NCBI GenBank assembly: GCA_002633005.1
Contig: NMRA01000163.1
Location: 726,455-790,454, forward strand
Source of the DNA: Phoronis australis
Lineage: Eukaryota; Animalia; Phoronida
Length of the DNA stretch: 64,000 bases
Reading direction: 5' to 3'
Shown here: in pieces, positions 12,036 through 23,879 of the stretch
Position numbering within the stretch: the stretch's first letter is position 1
How the letters are laid out: every line of letters begins with the position of its first letter
Notes under the pieces: generated by a model
Told to the model about the DNA's origin: nothing
Seen by the model: the letters and a program-made list of their open reading frames with translations, nothing else
Database searches by the model: none
Position numbers and translations under genes: made by a program

Positions 12036-13900
12036 TACTAAAATTGCCACTAGAGGCAAATACTAAAATTGCCACTAGAGGAATACCGGTAGTCAGAATC
12101 ATCCTAAAGTCGTCATCGTCCGTTGTCAACATCACATAAATACACTTGCTAAATTTAGTAAAGATCCTGCAAACGGTTTGGGAGATACAGCCATGGGCGC
12201 AAAAAAACAAAACTGCCACTAGGAGGCGCCACAGTAGTCCAAATCGTCTGAAAATCATTGTCAGCTGTCTTCCTTATAGTAAGCACATACACGCCAATTT
12301 TCACAATCATCCTTTGAGCGGTTTGGTTGATAGAGGGGTGGACGCAAAAATACAGACTCGAAAACAGTAAAAATGGCCACTAGGTGGCGCAAACTACGTC
12401 GAATCCATCTGAAAACAGTAGGATAGCGTCATCTCACTAATAGGTGCCTACATACCAAATTTCATGAAAATCCGTTCAATACTTTTGAAGATACAAAGGT
12501 AAGCGTAAAAAACTAAAATTGCCACTAGGGGGCACACCGGTAGTCGGATCCGACCAAAAGTCGTCATCTTCCGTTGTTAACATCATATAAATATACTTAC
12601 ACAATTTGTAAAGATCCTGCGAACGGTTTAGGAGATACAGCCATAGGCGCAAAAAAACAAAACTGCCACTAGGAGGCGCCACAGTAGTCGAAATCGTCGG
12701 AAAATCATCGTCAACCATCCTCTACATAGTAAGCATATACATGCCAATTTTCACAATCATCCTTTGAGCGGTTTGGTTGATAGAGGGGTGGACGCACAAA
12801 AACAGACTCGAAAACACTAAAAATGGCCACTAGGTGGCGCAAACTATGTCGAATCCATCTGAAAACGGGAGGATAGCGTCATCTCACTAATAGGTGCCTA
12901 CATACCAAATTTCATGAAAATCCAATAAGGACTTGTGAAGATACAAAGGTAAGCGTAAATAAACTAAAATTGCCACTAGGGGGCACACCGGTAGTCGGAT
13001 CCGTCCAAAAGTCGTCATCTTCCGTTGTTAACATCATATAAATATACTTACACAATTTGTAAAGATCCTGCGAACGGTTTAGGAGATACAGCCATAGGCG
13101 CAAAAAAACAAAACTGCCACTAGGAGGCGCCACAGTAGTCGAAATCGTCGGAAAATCATCGTCAACCGTCCTCTACATAGTAAGCATATACATGCCAATT
13201 TTCACAATCATCCTTTGAGCGGTTTGGTTGATAGAGGGGTGGACGCACAAAAACAGACTCGAAAACACTAAAAATGGCCACTAGGTGGCGCAAACTATGT
13301 CGAATCCATCTGAAAACGGGAGGATAGCGTCATCTCACTAATAGGTGCCTACATACCAAATTTCATGAAAATCCAATAAGGACTTGTGAAGATACAAAGG
13401 TAAGCGTAAAAAAATTAAAATTGCCACTAGGGGGCACACCGGTAGTCGGATCCGTCCAAAAGTCGTCATCTTCCGTTGTTAACATCATATAAATATACTT
13501 ACACAATTTCGTAAAGATCCTGCGAACGGTTTAGGAGATACAGCCATAGGCGCAAAAAAACAAAACTGCCACTAGGAGGCGCCACAGTAGTCGAAATCGT
13601 CGGAAAATCATCGTCAACCGTCCTCTACATAGTAAGCATATACATGCCAATTTTCACAATCATCCTTTGAGCGGTTTGGTTGATAGAGGGGTGGACGCAC
13701 AAAAACAGACTCGAAAACACTAAAAATGGCCACTAGGTGGCGCAAACTATGTCGAATCCATCTGAAAACGGGAGGATAGCGTCATCTCACTAATAGGTGC
13801 CTACATACCAAATTTCATGAAAATCCGTTCAGGACTTTTGAAGATACAATAAAAAAATAAAATTGCCACTAGGGGGCACACCGGTAGTCGGATCCGTCCG
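12036..13900. repeat. Tandem repeat, ~451-bp unit x ~4, each unit made of three ~150-bp related monomers
   Basis: GCCACTAGGGGGCACACCGGTAGTCGGATCC occurs at 12521, 12972, 13423 and 13865, with GCCACTAG variants between them. Confidence 0.95.
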
Positions 13901-13988
13901 AAAGTTCGCACATGCCGTCCCATTCATGAATGGAACATAGGTGCCAAATTTCATGAACGTATGTCAAAGGGTTTTGGAGATAGAGCAG

Positions 13989-14072
13989 CGGACGCCGGAC
14001 GCCAGACGCCGGACGCCGGACGGACGCCGGACGGACGGACGGACGGACGGACGGACGGACGGACGGACGGAC
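13989..14072. repeat. (GGAC)n / CGGACGC microsatellite
   Basis: Direct read. Part of the HINE 5' block. Confidence 0.95.
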
Positions 14073-14533
14073 AGAGATGACGGCATAATGCGTCCACATA
14101 TAAATATGTGGGCGCATAAAAATGAAACAGTGCAATAGAATTGATAGGTTTTCAAAAGTATTACAAATCGAGGTGGTTTTTAGAAATCAACATGTTTATT
14201 TCGCATTTTCCCAGAGGTTTTGCAGTGTAGGTGTTTGTAACCCAAAAACAATTTTAGTGAGCCCCAATTGGTTTTGTAATAGGCAAAGACCAAAATATGA
14301 AATTTCTAAAAAATGCAATGATGAATCAAAACTGTCAAACCCCTATGAGAAAGTTTTACAGGGACATTGAGTAATGTTAGCATGGTTTGTGCCACACAGC
14401 TGTCACTTGTCAACATTTGATCTTTTGACCTTGTGTGAAGACATATACTAAGCCTTAATTGAAAAATTTAGGACTTTACTGAGAAAAAAATAAGAACTCT
14501 TATTTTACAGAATGAGAATAACTTTCAAATTAC

Positions 14534-14870
14534 CTAAATAGTTATCCATTTCAAGTTCTCTTGCATCGTCACTCATGTGAGCCTCTGCTTGCGCAAACCC
14601 ACCCGTGTTAAACTGGTGAGTATTTCTTGTTGCCTTAGAACTACCTGCAGCCGCGGCTTCATTGTAATTTGGTAAATTAGTCCTCGAAGATTGATTTGGA
14701 TCCCCAGTGTCGCTAGATGATTCCTGTTGACCTTTAGAGAACCAGTTTTTAATCCCACCAAATATACTTTTAATGTTATTGATATGACGCTGGGATACTG
14801 TTAGATTCTTATCAATATCTTGAACTTTTCTCTCAACGTTGTCAAGCTGTTCACCCTGATGATGAAGTTC
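14534..14870 (-). CDS. SNAP29: SNAP29-like SNARE, exon 2
   Basis: TTTTCAG acceptor and GTAATT donor flank an open frame: ELHHQGEQLDNVERKVQDIDKNLTVSQRHINNIKSIFGGIKNWFS...DDARELEMDNYL. Phases 0/1 match the neighbouring exons. Confidence 0.92.
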
Positions 14871-15246
14871 CTGAAAATTAGAGAAGACAGCTCATCAACC
14901 ACAATAACGCCAGAACAGAATGTTGTCAAGAGAAGAAACTTATCAGGATGATTGGAGGCCCAACCAGTAACCTACGAACTAGGACAAGAGCAGCTTTAAA
15001 ATGAGCCCAAGTTTAAATAACTACCATAACTACATTGTAAATGAATCCAAGATTTGGACATAGGCCCAAAAACAACACGCATAGTGCAACTGTGCCTATG
15101 TTGTAGCACATGCTTATTTACCATGATTGTGTAAGAATTGTCAGATCACTGCCTTGAATTGAAGGGATGATATTGTAAACAAGTTTTAAGAATCAAATGT
15201 GTACGTGTTATCATAGACCTTAGAAGGGATAGATTAGAATAAGAGT

Positions 15247-15809
15247 GCAGTATATAAAACGGTCACTTACTTAGAGACGTGGTTGGTTGTTAGCAGACAT
15301 TTCGACCTGGTCCGCCAGGTCTTTGTTGATGAATGAGAGATTTCCTGCCTTTCACTCGTTAAGAATGCTGGAGTACACGGGGGGTAAGTGGAGTCCTCTG
15401 TCCCAGTTCAAGAGGGAGCGCTGACTGTTGATGTTTATGGCCTCTTTGAGCTTACAAGTATGCCAATTTTGTTCTTTGGCCAGGATCCTGGATGACGCAA
15501 GAGAGATGTTGTGCCCAGTCGTCAAAATATGTTCCCCCACAGCTGTTGGGTCTGTCTAGTTTCAGATGTTCTTTGAATCTGGTAAGGAACAGTCTCTTGG
15601 TTTCTCCAATGTAGGTGTGGAACAAAATTGGCATACTCGTAAGCTCAAATAGGCCACAAACATCAACAGTCAGCGTCCACTCTTGAATCGGGACAGAGGA
15701 CTCCACTTACCCCCGTGTACTCCAGCATTCTTCATTTAAGTGAAACTCGGGAAATCCCTCATTCATCGACAAAGACCTGGTGAACCAGGTTGAAACGTCT
15801 GCCATTCCC
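15247..15809 (-). mobile_element. 5'-truncated Penelope-like element (GIY-YIG endonuclease remnant) with inverted pseudo-LTR
   Basis: TYIGETKR...TRFKEH and EHILTTGHNI...RILAKEQNW...KLKEAINI...LN.DRGLHLPPVY motifs. 15620-15805 is an inverted copy of 15290-15475. A 12-bp direct repeat TAGAATAAGAGT flanks it at 15235-15246 and 15810-15821. Confidence 0.85.
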
Positions 15810-16119
15810 TAGAATAAGAGTCACAGGTTCAAAATTTAGTGATAAACGAGCCAGGACTGCAGTCTCAACACATATGCAACAGCAGTAAAAACAATACAAC
15901 CGCACAACCCTTATTCGAATGCCCCAACCATGAGATTTTCATTGATCTAAATTTTAAATTTTCCCCAAATGGACATGGATTCACCTAACAACAGGTGGCT
16001 AAATGGGCAATTGAATATGAATAACTAACACTGTTGTCCCTCCACACTCATCATGTTTAAGTGGTGCTAAATATCACAGACCTATTCATGTGGAGAATTT
16101 CTCCATTACACAGGTCACA

Positions 16120-17200
16120 GCTCTGAGTCCCTCAGTCCCAGACAACCTTTAGGATCCCTATTCATCATGCCCTTAGTATTGCTGTAGATCTGAGCTAATG
16201 AAGTGGAAAGTTAATAGCTAGCACTACTTTCTTAACAATGGTGGTCCTTATTACACCCAGATTGTTTTTCTACAGCATTTGCACAGAGTTAAAGCCTGCA
16301 ATATGGAGAGCAGTTTTAACTTAGTACATTAGTACATTTTAAATATTTCAAAAAGATTAAAAATTAATTTGTGTTGATCTTGACAAAGGGCCACTTCCCA
16401 AAGGAAGGTTGGTTTCAAATATTTTTCACACCTGTTTTCATTACTTTATTATAATACTAATGTCTACTTGCTTTTTTTTCTTACCGGTTAGGGTTGCTAT
16501 CTTTTTATTTTGTGTTTGCCCGACGCATCAAAACAACTTAGAACAGAAGTCATCCCTGAATTTTCCAGATTACAGCTACACCAAACATGTCACAGCATGT
16601 CCATTAATTCAAGTTCAATCTTTATCAGAACTCAAATCATAAAGTATATACAGACCTGCAAATATAGTGATAGCCAAACTGAAGATTTGGAACATCTGGA
16701 CAATATAGGTTGCAGTAATTGCATGACTATTCTAACTTTTCCTCAGTCATAAAAAATGAAATCACAGCTCTTGCCCACCAATGTAGCTTTGATGTATAAT
16801 CCACGTGATATTGTTAACTCTGATCAGCGTTTGTAAATCACCGAGTATATCAATACGCGCGGTAGTTTATCTTCAATCGAACCCAATGTTTGTAGTTTTT
16901 AGCTTAATAGTTCATCGATTTTTAAAAATAAAAAACCAAATTCCATCTGAATACAGCTGTATTATTTGCTTTTAATGGAAACTGTTGGTTAATGCATTTT
17001 GAAAATTCGCCAGTATGTACAGGCAGAGGTGTTTACTATAGTTTATGGTCGGTAGCACTTAATTGGGTCTTGCTCGCACCGGACAATGTGGTCATCGCAA
17101 CTGAGTCCGACTCTGGCGCTGCTCTCTCTTTGATCCCTATAAACGCTGCTCCAAGGGACGAGCAGTGAAAAGTCACGCATATCTTTAGAAATGCGTGAAT
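16120..17200 (+). repeat. ~1.1-kb dispersed repeat (inverted copy at ~36325-37495)
   Basis: GTGATATTGTTAACTCTGATCAGCGTTT, TTAATTGGGTCTTGCTCGCA and TGGAAAGTTAAT are all found reverse-complemented at 36.3-37.5 kb. Confidence 0.75.
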
Positions 17201-17694
17201 TTCATGTAAGCCTATTATTCACAGCATGTATATGTACCTATAAAACAATCTATGAATTTTACCCAGTGTATTCAACGAAATACAAGCTAACGAAGCTGAA
17301 CTTAAAAAAATAATGACGGCGCTGGAGCTGGGTGACCATATGCAACATATCAGTGTCTTTAATCTTAGTGTGACTGTCAAGGCTCAACGGCCACGCCTCG
17401 GGCTTATAAGCACACTTCAAAACCAGGAAGTGATGAGTCGTGACTGGAAGACCACGATTACATCCAGTTAGTTATTGTCGATTCGATCAACTGTTCTCGT
17501 ATTTTGTCTCACAGCACCACAATTGTTATTCAGTTGGTCAGTTCAGATGCATGAACGACACGGCGGAAAACCGATTATCTTACCCACCCAAACTGCAGAT
17601 GTTGGCCTACTTTAACCACTAGAGTCGTAGACCGAGTCATCGAGAAATGTGTTAAGCTTTGTGACTCACAACGTTAACAACTCGCTTGCCTTAC

Positions 17695-17862
17695 CTCAGC
17701 CGTACTAATTCCTATTTGTTCGGATTCATGAATACTCTGCAGAGCCCGGTTACAACTATCCAATTGTCGATTTTTTGAAGCTTCGATTTGATCCAAGACT
17801 CTTGCCCTCCGAGACTCCACATCAAATTCACAATCGTCGTAATCAAAATAAGAATTCGACAT
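17695..17862 (-). CDS. SNAP29: SNAP29-like SNARE, exon 1
   Basis: MSNSYFD...RQLDSCNRALQSIHESEQIGISTAE followed by a GTAAGG donor, phase 0. This is the start of the Qb SNARE helix. The spliced protein has no SNAP25-type linker Cys cluster. Confidence 0.9.
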
Positions 17863-18126
17863 TTTTCAGTAGCCTATACGAAGTCAGTAAACAGTTGGGT
17901 TGCGTAGTTGTAGTAAATCAAAAGCTGAGCAAAATGGTAAACATTTTCCCTACTTTCCAAGTGAATTGTAAATGTAATGTTGTTGCATGTACGATTTTAA
18001 TGTAAACAAGGCATAAAAATGATAACTGGTATCTAAACTTGAAAAACATGAGAGTTACGGTCTCGCTGGTTCCCTGCGTGCCGCTAGGTGGGGCGGTAGC
18101 CGCGCCAGCACGCAGGTATCACTTAA

Positions 18127-19389
18127 AGACATAGTTTCACACCAAAACAACTGCTTTTCAAAACAAATAATAGCACTGTGTGAATCTGTTGCACAGGCTG
18201 TTCTTGTCCGAACATCTTGGTTAATGAGAAAAACCCAGCAGTAATGACCTTTTTCCGACTTCAGCCGAGACGAGAGAACAGGCATAATGTGGTTACATAA
18301 CTACGGTCTGTGATGTCAAACTCAGGAAGACAGCTGTGTATTGCAATGGCTACAAGCAGCCAACCCTCCATTGTCAGCATGCAGTGAGTAAAAAGGGAAA
18401 CACGTTTTAATTTAACCACTTATATGATTGAAATTTGAGTGGAGGTGGCAATCTCAAAGACAGAATTTCAAGCACACTTGAAATGGAAGTCTTCTGAAAT
18501 TGTTTTTTAAATTCATGTGTTAATCTATTGACAGAAAACAAAACCCAAGGCATCAAGCAATAATACCTGAAGATGCCAATGAACATATCATTTCAGCGTT
18601 TCATTACGGCAAGTCAATTCTATCATGCTTTTGTCACTGAGTCATAGAAACCAAAGAACAAATCAGAGAACGATTATGACTTATTAATCCACAGTTCAAT
18701 TAAAATCAAGTGCTTTCAGTCGGAATTATATATTTGGCTTCTGCAGTGAAAGACTTTCAAGGTAGTTGAAGGTTCACGCTACTGTACATAAGTCACAACT
18801 GTACAGTGCAGTAAAGTTTATATGTGAGTTAAAATGATCTAATCTTTTACCAAAATAAGTAACTTAGAATGCACAGTATTTTTGAACATTTAAGCATTAC
18901 AAACGTTATCCAACAACAAGACAAATTTACATGATATGAAAATGGATATGCCTAACTATTACCATGGCGACCAGGTATTTCCTTATATTAAAATTCGACA
19001 AGCATGATTTGAAAAAAAGTTGCATGTAAAAAGGATTGGAGGTTGGAAGCTTCGCAATCCAACATGGCCTATTACTCTAATTAAGAGCCTTTATATTTTG
19101 GGCCTTAATAAACTGAATTAAGAAAGCAAAAAGTTACAACGCATGTATTGAAAGAACGATTCAGCTGTACGTAAAATTTAGAAAAATATGAATTATGTTG
19201 TGACACATAACCAAACCTTGAAGCGCAATTGACTTTAAAAGAAGAAACGATTTCAAAACTTTCCCAATTGTTTTAAAGCTGAGTGTATGGTCAACTGAAT
19301 GAGATATTCACACTGCAATAATTAGAATATTCCTTATGTTTTTGTACAAAAACAAACATTGTGCAAAGTTGCTTTTTGTAGTAGCTTTC
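18127..19389 (+). mobile_element. Orphan terminal arm of the Kolobok-like element family
   Basis: TTAA|AGACATAGTTTCACACC start. Colinear with 22133-23529 and with the reverse complement of 28238-29637. Lacks a ~150-bp segment that both of those contain. Confidence 0.85.
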
Positions 19390-19540
19390 CACTAGCCAAT
19401 AGATCACAGCTACGCCACGAGTGAGCCCAGTGAAACACCCCCATCTGCTGATCACCATACAACGTGCTGCTTTAGTAAAACTCTTAGGAGAGGTAATGAG
19501 ACATTATTGGTAATGACTTCATCCTCCATGACTGATGGTT

Positions 19541-19765
19541 TTGTTATACCTATTGTATTGCTACCTGAAGCTCACTTCTCTACTTACTATAGTTATAAAA
19601 AAGCGGACTCTATTGTTATATGTATTGTATTGCTACCTGAAGTTAACCTCTCTACTTACTATAGTTATAAAAAGCGGACTATGTTGTTATATCTATTGTA
19701 TTACTACCTGAAGCTAACTTCTCTACTTACTATACATGTAGTTATAAAAAAGCGGACTCTGTTGT
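19541..19765. repeat. ~71-bp minisatellite x ~3
   Basis: TTGTTATA..TATTGTATTGCTACCTGAAG...CTCTACTTACTATAGTTATAAAAAGCGGACT is repeated. Confidence 0.9.
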
Positions 19766-19995
19766 TTTTGATTTCATGACTTGGATGTATACTTTTATTG
19801 ATCTGAAATGGTATTTTAAGTGTTTGTTTGGTTTAACACACTTGGGATTTTTAAAGCCCTTTGATTAAAAAATATGCAGATGTTGAGTCTTGAGCCAGGC
19901 TGTTAGTTAAAAATGTGGGTGTGGACAAGTAAACAGTTGTAGGCAGTTAATATGTGTAGATACCTTTAATGTATTTTTGTATTCATTCATTTCAG

Positions 19996-20314
19996 AAAGT
20001 TGTTGATTTGCATGAGAATTAAAGTAAGTCAAGCGGGGATGCCGAAAAGTCTGCACCCAGCGGTCCCTATTGTGCCTGTGACTGTAGAGGGAATTGTCAG
20101 TGGAGCTGTCGGATTAGGCATGGCGCCAGTAACTGCAGCATCTTTGGTGCTACCATCAGAAACCGTAGATAGAGAGACAGTCCACCTAGCGAAATCCCAT
20201 CCGAGTCGGACGGCCACTGGCGGACATTGTTGTTTCATGGACCGTAGAGACGTGTAGCGAGTGTGCGTGCAATAAACAGATGTGGCAAGATATCACGGTT
20301 CCCGTACGTCAGTA
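19996..20314 (+). pseudogene. Possible frameshifted cystine-knot (TGF-beta-like) exon relic
   Basis: Follows a TTTCAG acceptor. SAPSGPYCACDCRGNC is in one frame, a WC/LPSETV junction lies between frames, and VVSWTVETCSECAC..* is in another. GC-richer than the flanks. Confidence 0.3.
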
Positions 20315-23300
20315 AAAAAGCAATGGTGCTTTCTGCACTGCCTACGGCTGCAGCAACAGTTAATTTAAATTCGTGACTTATGCTTTTTTGCTTCCTCAAT
20401 GATTAAGATAGGTGATGTTCATGATTGAAACAGAGGATATTCAGTCTGCGTGAAACTGTTGCCAGTCATTCAGTGATGGACTGGGTGATTTTAATTTAAT
20501 GTCTTTACTGTTTCCTGCGTTTGATTGCTGATATGGAACATTATCAAAAATTGTTTGCATGATTTTGGGAACTACTGATTAGTTTATTCTATGCCCATTG
20601 ATGCTTCTAATTACTTTTTTCATTTCGTTCTGCAGTCTTAATACATTCAGATCTAAAAGATAATTACATTTACTATTATTTACTATTTCTATTATTGTTA
20701 TTTATCATATATTTGTTTTTATATCTATTCTTGATTATTTATTATTATCTATTTTTTGTTTATTTGCTACTACTTATTTAAATTATTTCTTGTGATCCCA
20801 CACAGTCAACATCCTGGCTGTGAGTCGTTGATCAATAATCTATATTTTATGATCATGATATGGACTTCAATGCATAATTAATATTACTTTTTTGGTTTGG
20901 TAACCTACTTGATTATTTGCCATAGGAAGTGGTGAAGGAAGTGTTCTTTTAAAGGCACATTGAGCCATACATCTGTGAGCTCTTAGATAGTATGTGTAGT
21001 ACCTTGGAAACTTGTTACACTCCAGTGACGATGTCGTTTGTTTAGATTTTTGTTTTGACATGGGTCTTAAAACATCAAGTCAGGAGATAAGGTGTCGTTA
21101 CTGTATGTTATTTACTTTGAAGTTGGCCTGCCGACGCAGGCTGAATATGTCTTTAACTAACTGCTGATAGTTGAGTTAAAAACTGTGAATTATTTACTAG
21201 AGCTGGAAAGCTTCGTAAAAAATACCCAAAATGGATTGCGTATTCAATAGGCATCTTGGCTGTTTTATGGGGCATACAAGGCAGGTTTACTGGAATTAAG
21301 GCAAGAGTTCCATCTCTTGCTGGTTTGGAAACCCTACCCCTTTTGCCTCCAGTTTCATTCACCACAACCCACCCCAATTAGCTACTCATTTCAGATACCA
21401 TCGGGCACGGATGCTTGGGGTCCAGTGAATCAGTCCCAAATAGCGACTCCACTGTTCCCTAAAACTACTACGTTTTTGGGAGTTTCCTACGTTGAATTCT
21501 CAATATGATTGAAAATAAGAAGGGATCTTTTCATGCAATGCGCCAAATTTAAGGACCAAGTCCTTAAATGTTTTGACTGAATTAAGAGCTCAGTTTTTAG
21601 TTATATTTTTATAAAATGTCATAAGTCAAAAGACTCGGAGCTCATAATAAAGATAAAATGATAGAAAAATATAAAAACTGTGAGCAAAGAACAAAAAATG
21701 CCTAAAAGATTTACCAAGGATCCAGGGTGGGGGGTCAAAGGCGTCTGGACCCCCCATTTTTCTTGATTGTTGTGATATCAGTGCCCTTATAACAGATATA
21801 TTACTCACGCATAACAGTTAGTGCAAGACTATAGTTTCATTGATTCTGAGTAAAGGAAGTTCTAGAAAATTATATGGTATTACCACTTCCATTATAAGAA
21901 TTGCATGCTGCTTACCACCGTGGAGTAGTTTAGTTAGTTCCAATAAACTATTTGACACAGCAAGGCTTATATTCCGAGTTCGTTATATCAGAATATTCCA
22001 CTGTCGGATAAACAAGTGACCAGTGTTCAAGAAACAAGTAAGTTGGCAAATGATGAAGTAGGTTACCAAAAGCGAAAGTGAGTGTTTCGCGAACTTGGAA
22101 TTCCAAGATCCCTCAAGTGATCTTGAGATTAAAGACATAGTTTCACACCCAAAACAACAGCTTTTCAAAATAAATAATAGCACTGTGTGGATCTGTTGCA
22201 CAGAGCAGTTCTTGTCCACACAGCTTGGTTAATGAGAAAAGCCCAGCAGTAATGACCTTTTCCGACTTCAGCCGAGACAATCCTGAGAACAGGCATATGT
22301 GGTTAAATAACCGTCTATGATGTCAGACCAGGAAAACAGCTGTGCATAGCAATGGGTACAAGCAGTCAACGCTCCAAAATTTTGCTTGCTTCATTTGATA
22401 ATTCCTTTCAATTTCATTTGTTGGCATAATTACATTGTTTTTTGCCAAGGAGAAGTAAAGACCAGTGTATCACAGATACTCAAGCCTAATACAAAATATT
22501 GCAGTTTACATTTTTTTTCATTTTCAGCAGTGAGTAAAAGGGGTGACACCTTTTAATTTAACCACGTATATAATTGAAATTTGAGTGGAGGTGGCAATCT
22601 CTATGACAGATTTACAAGGATACTTGAAATGGAAGTCTTCTGAACATGTTTTTTTTAAAGTTATGTGGAAATCTATTGAATTAATAATAAACCCAAGGCA
22701 TCAAGAAATATTACCTGCAGATGCCAGTGAACATATTATTTCAGCCGTTCATTGCGGCAAGTTAATTCTATCATGCTTTGGTCACTGAATCATAGAAGTC
22801 AAGGAACAAATCAGTTGACGATTATGATTTAATCCACAGTTCAAATTAAAATCAAGTGCTTTCAGACGGATCTATATATTTGGTTTCTACAGTGAAAGAC
22901 TCTCAATGTAGTTCAAGGTTACTGTACATAAGTCACAACTCAAGTAATCTCAGTACAGTAAAGATTATATGCGAGTCAAAATGATCTAATCTTTTACCAA
23001 AATAAGTAACTTAGAATGCACAGTACATTAGAAGCATTACAAACCTTATACAACAACAAATTTACATGATATCAGTGGATATGCCTAACTATTACCATGG
23101 CGACCAGGTATTTCATTACATTAGAATTCGACAAGCACGAATTGAAAAAAATAAAAAGGATTGGAGTCTGGAAGCTTCACAATCCAACATGGCCTATTTC
23201 TCTAATTAAGAGCTTTTACATTTTGGGCCTTGATAACTTGAATTAAGAAAGCAAAACGTTACAACGCATGTATTGAAAGAACGATTCAGCTGTACGTAAA

Positions 23301-23879
23301 ATTTAGAAAAATATGAATTATGTTGTGACACATAACCAAACCTTGAAGTGCAATTGACTTTAAAAGAAGAAACGATTTCAAAACTTTTTCAACTATTTTC
23401 AAGCTGAGTGTATGGTCACCTGAATGGGATATTCACACTGCAATAATTAGAATATTTCTAAAAAATGTTCCACAAAAACATAAACATTGTGCGAAGTTGA
23501 TTTTTTGTAGCAGCTTTCATCAAAATGTATCAAAGCCAAAACTTCACCAAAAACAAAATAGCCGATTGAACATGCCCTTCAGTTCAGTAGAAGTCGCCAT
23601 GTTGTCGGTGCCGCCGGAAATGAGACTAAATCCAACGGGAATTGTGAGCATTGTTATCACTCAATAAGTAACATCTGCTTGGCTGAAACCAATGAAAACT
23701 ATTGAATCGCTCAGAATAGTAGGTATAGATCTTTCTCACTAAATTCCATCGTAAATTTTTGGTGAAAATAAATTATGCCAGTATGACACACATTCAATCA
23801 TTAACCCTAGCATGCATGCACCTGTACATGTACATAGAAATATGCGTGCGAGAGCTCGTGAACTCCAGGATCTAGGATA

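Larger units (their letters stand above)
11654..14122 (-). mobile_element. Non-autonomous Helentron/DINE-1-like (HINE) element with internal tandem repeats
   Basis: On the minus strand the order is: TTTTT, subTIR ATGCGCCCAC with a nearby inverted copy (hairpin 14088-14117), (GTCC)n microsatellite, core tandem repeats, 3' subTIR (11679-11688), CAACGC/GCGTTG stem-loop (11662-11676), CTTGTTT end. Confidence 0.8.

Noticed and set aside
12036-13900. CRISPR-like regularly spaced motif
   Set aside because: The intervening sequences repeat every 451 bp rather than being unique spacers. The context is eukaryotic and there are no cas genes.
13869-14155. SVRP/RTDG repeat ORFs
   Set aside because: Translation of the (GTCC)n microsatellite.
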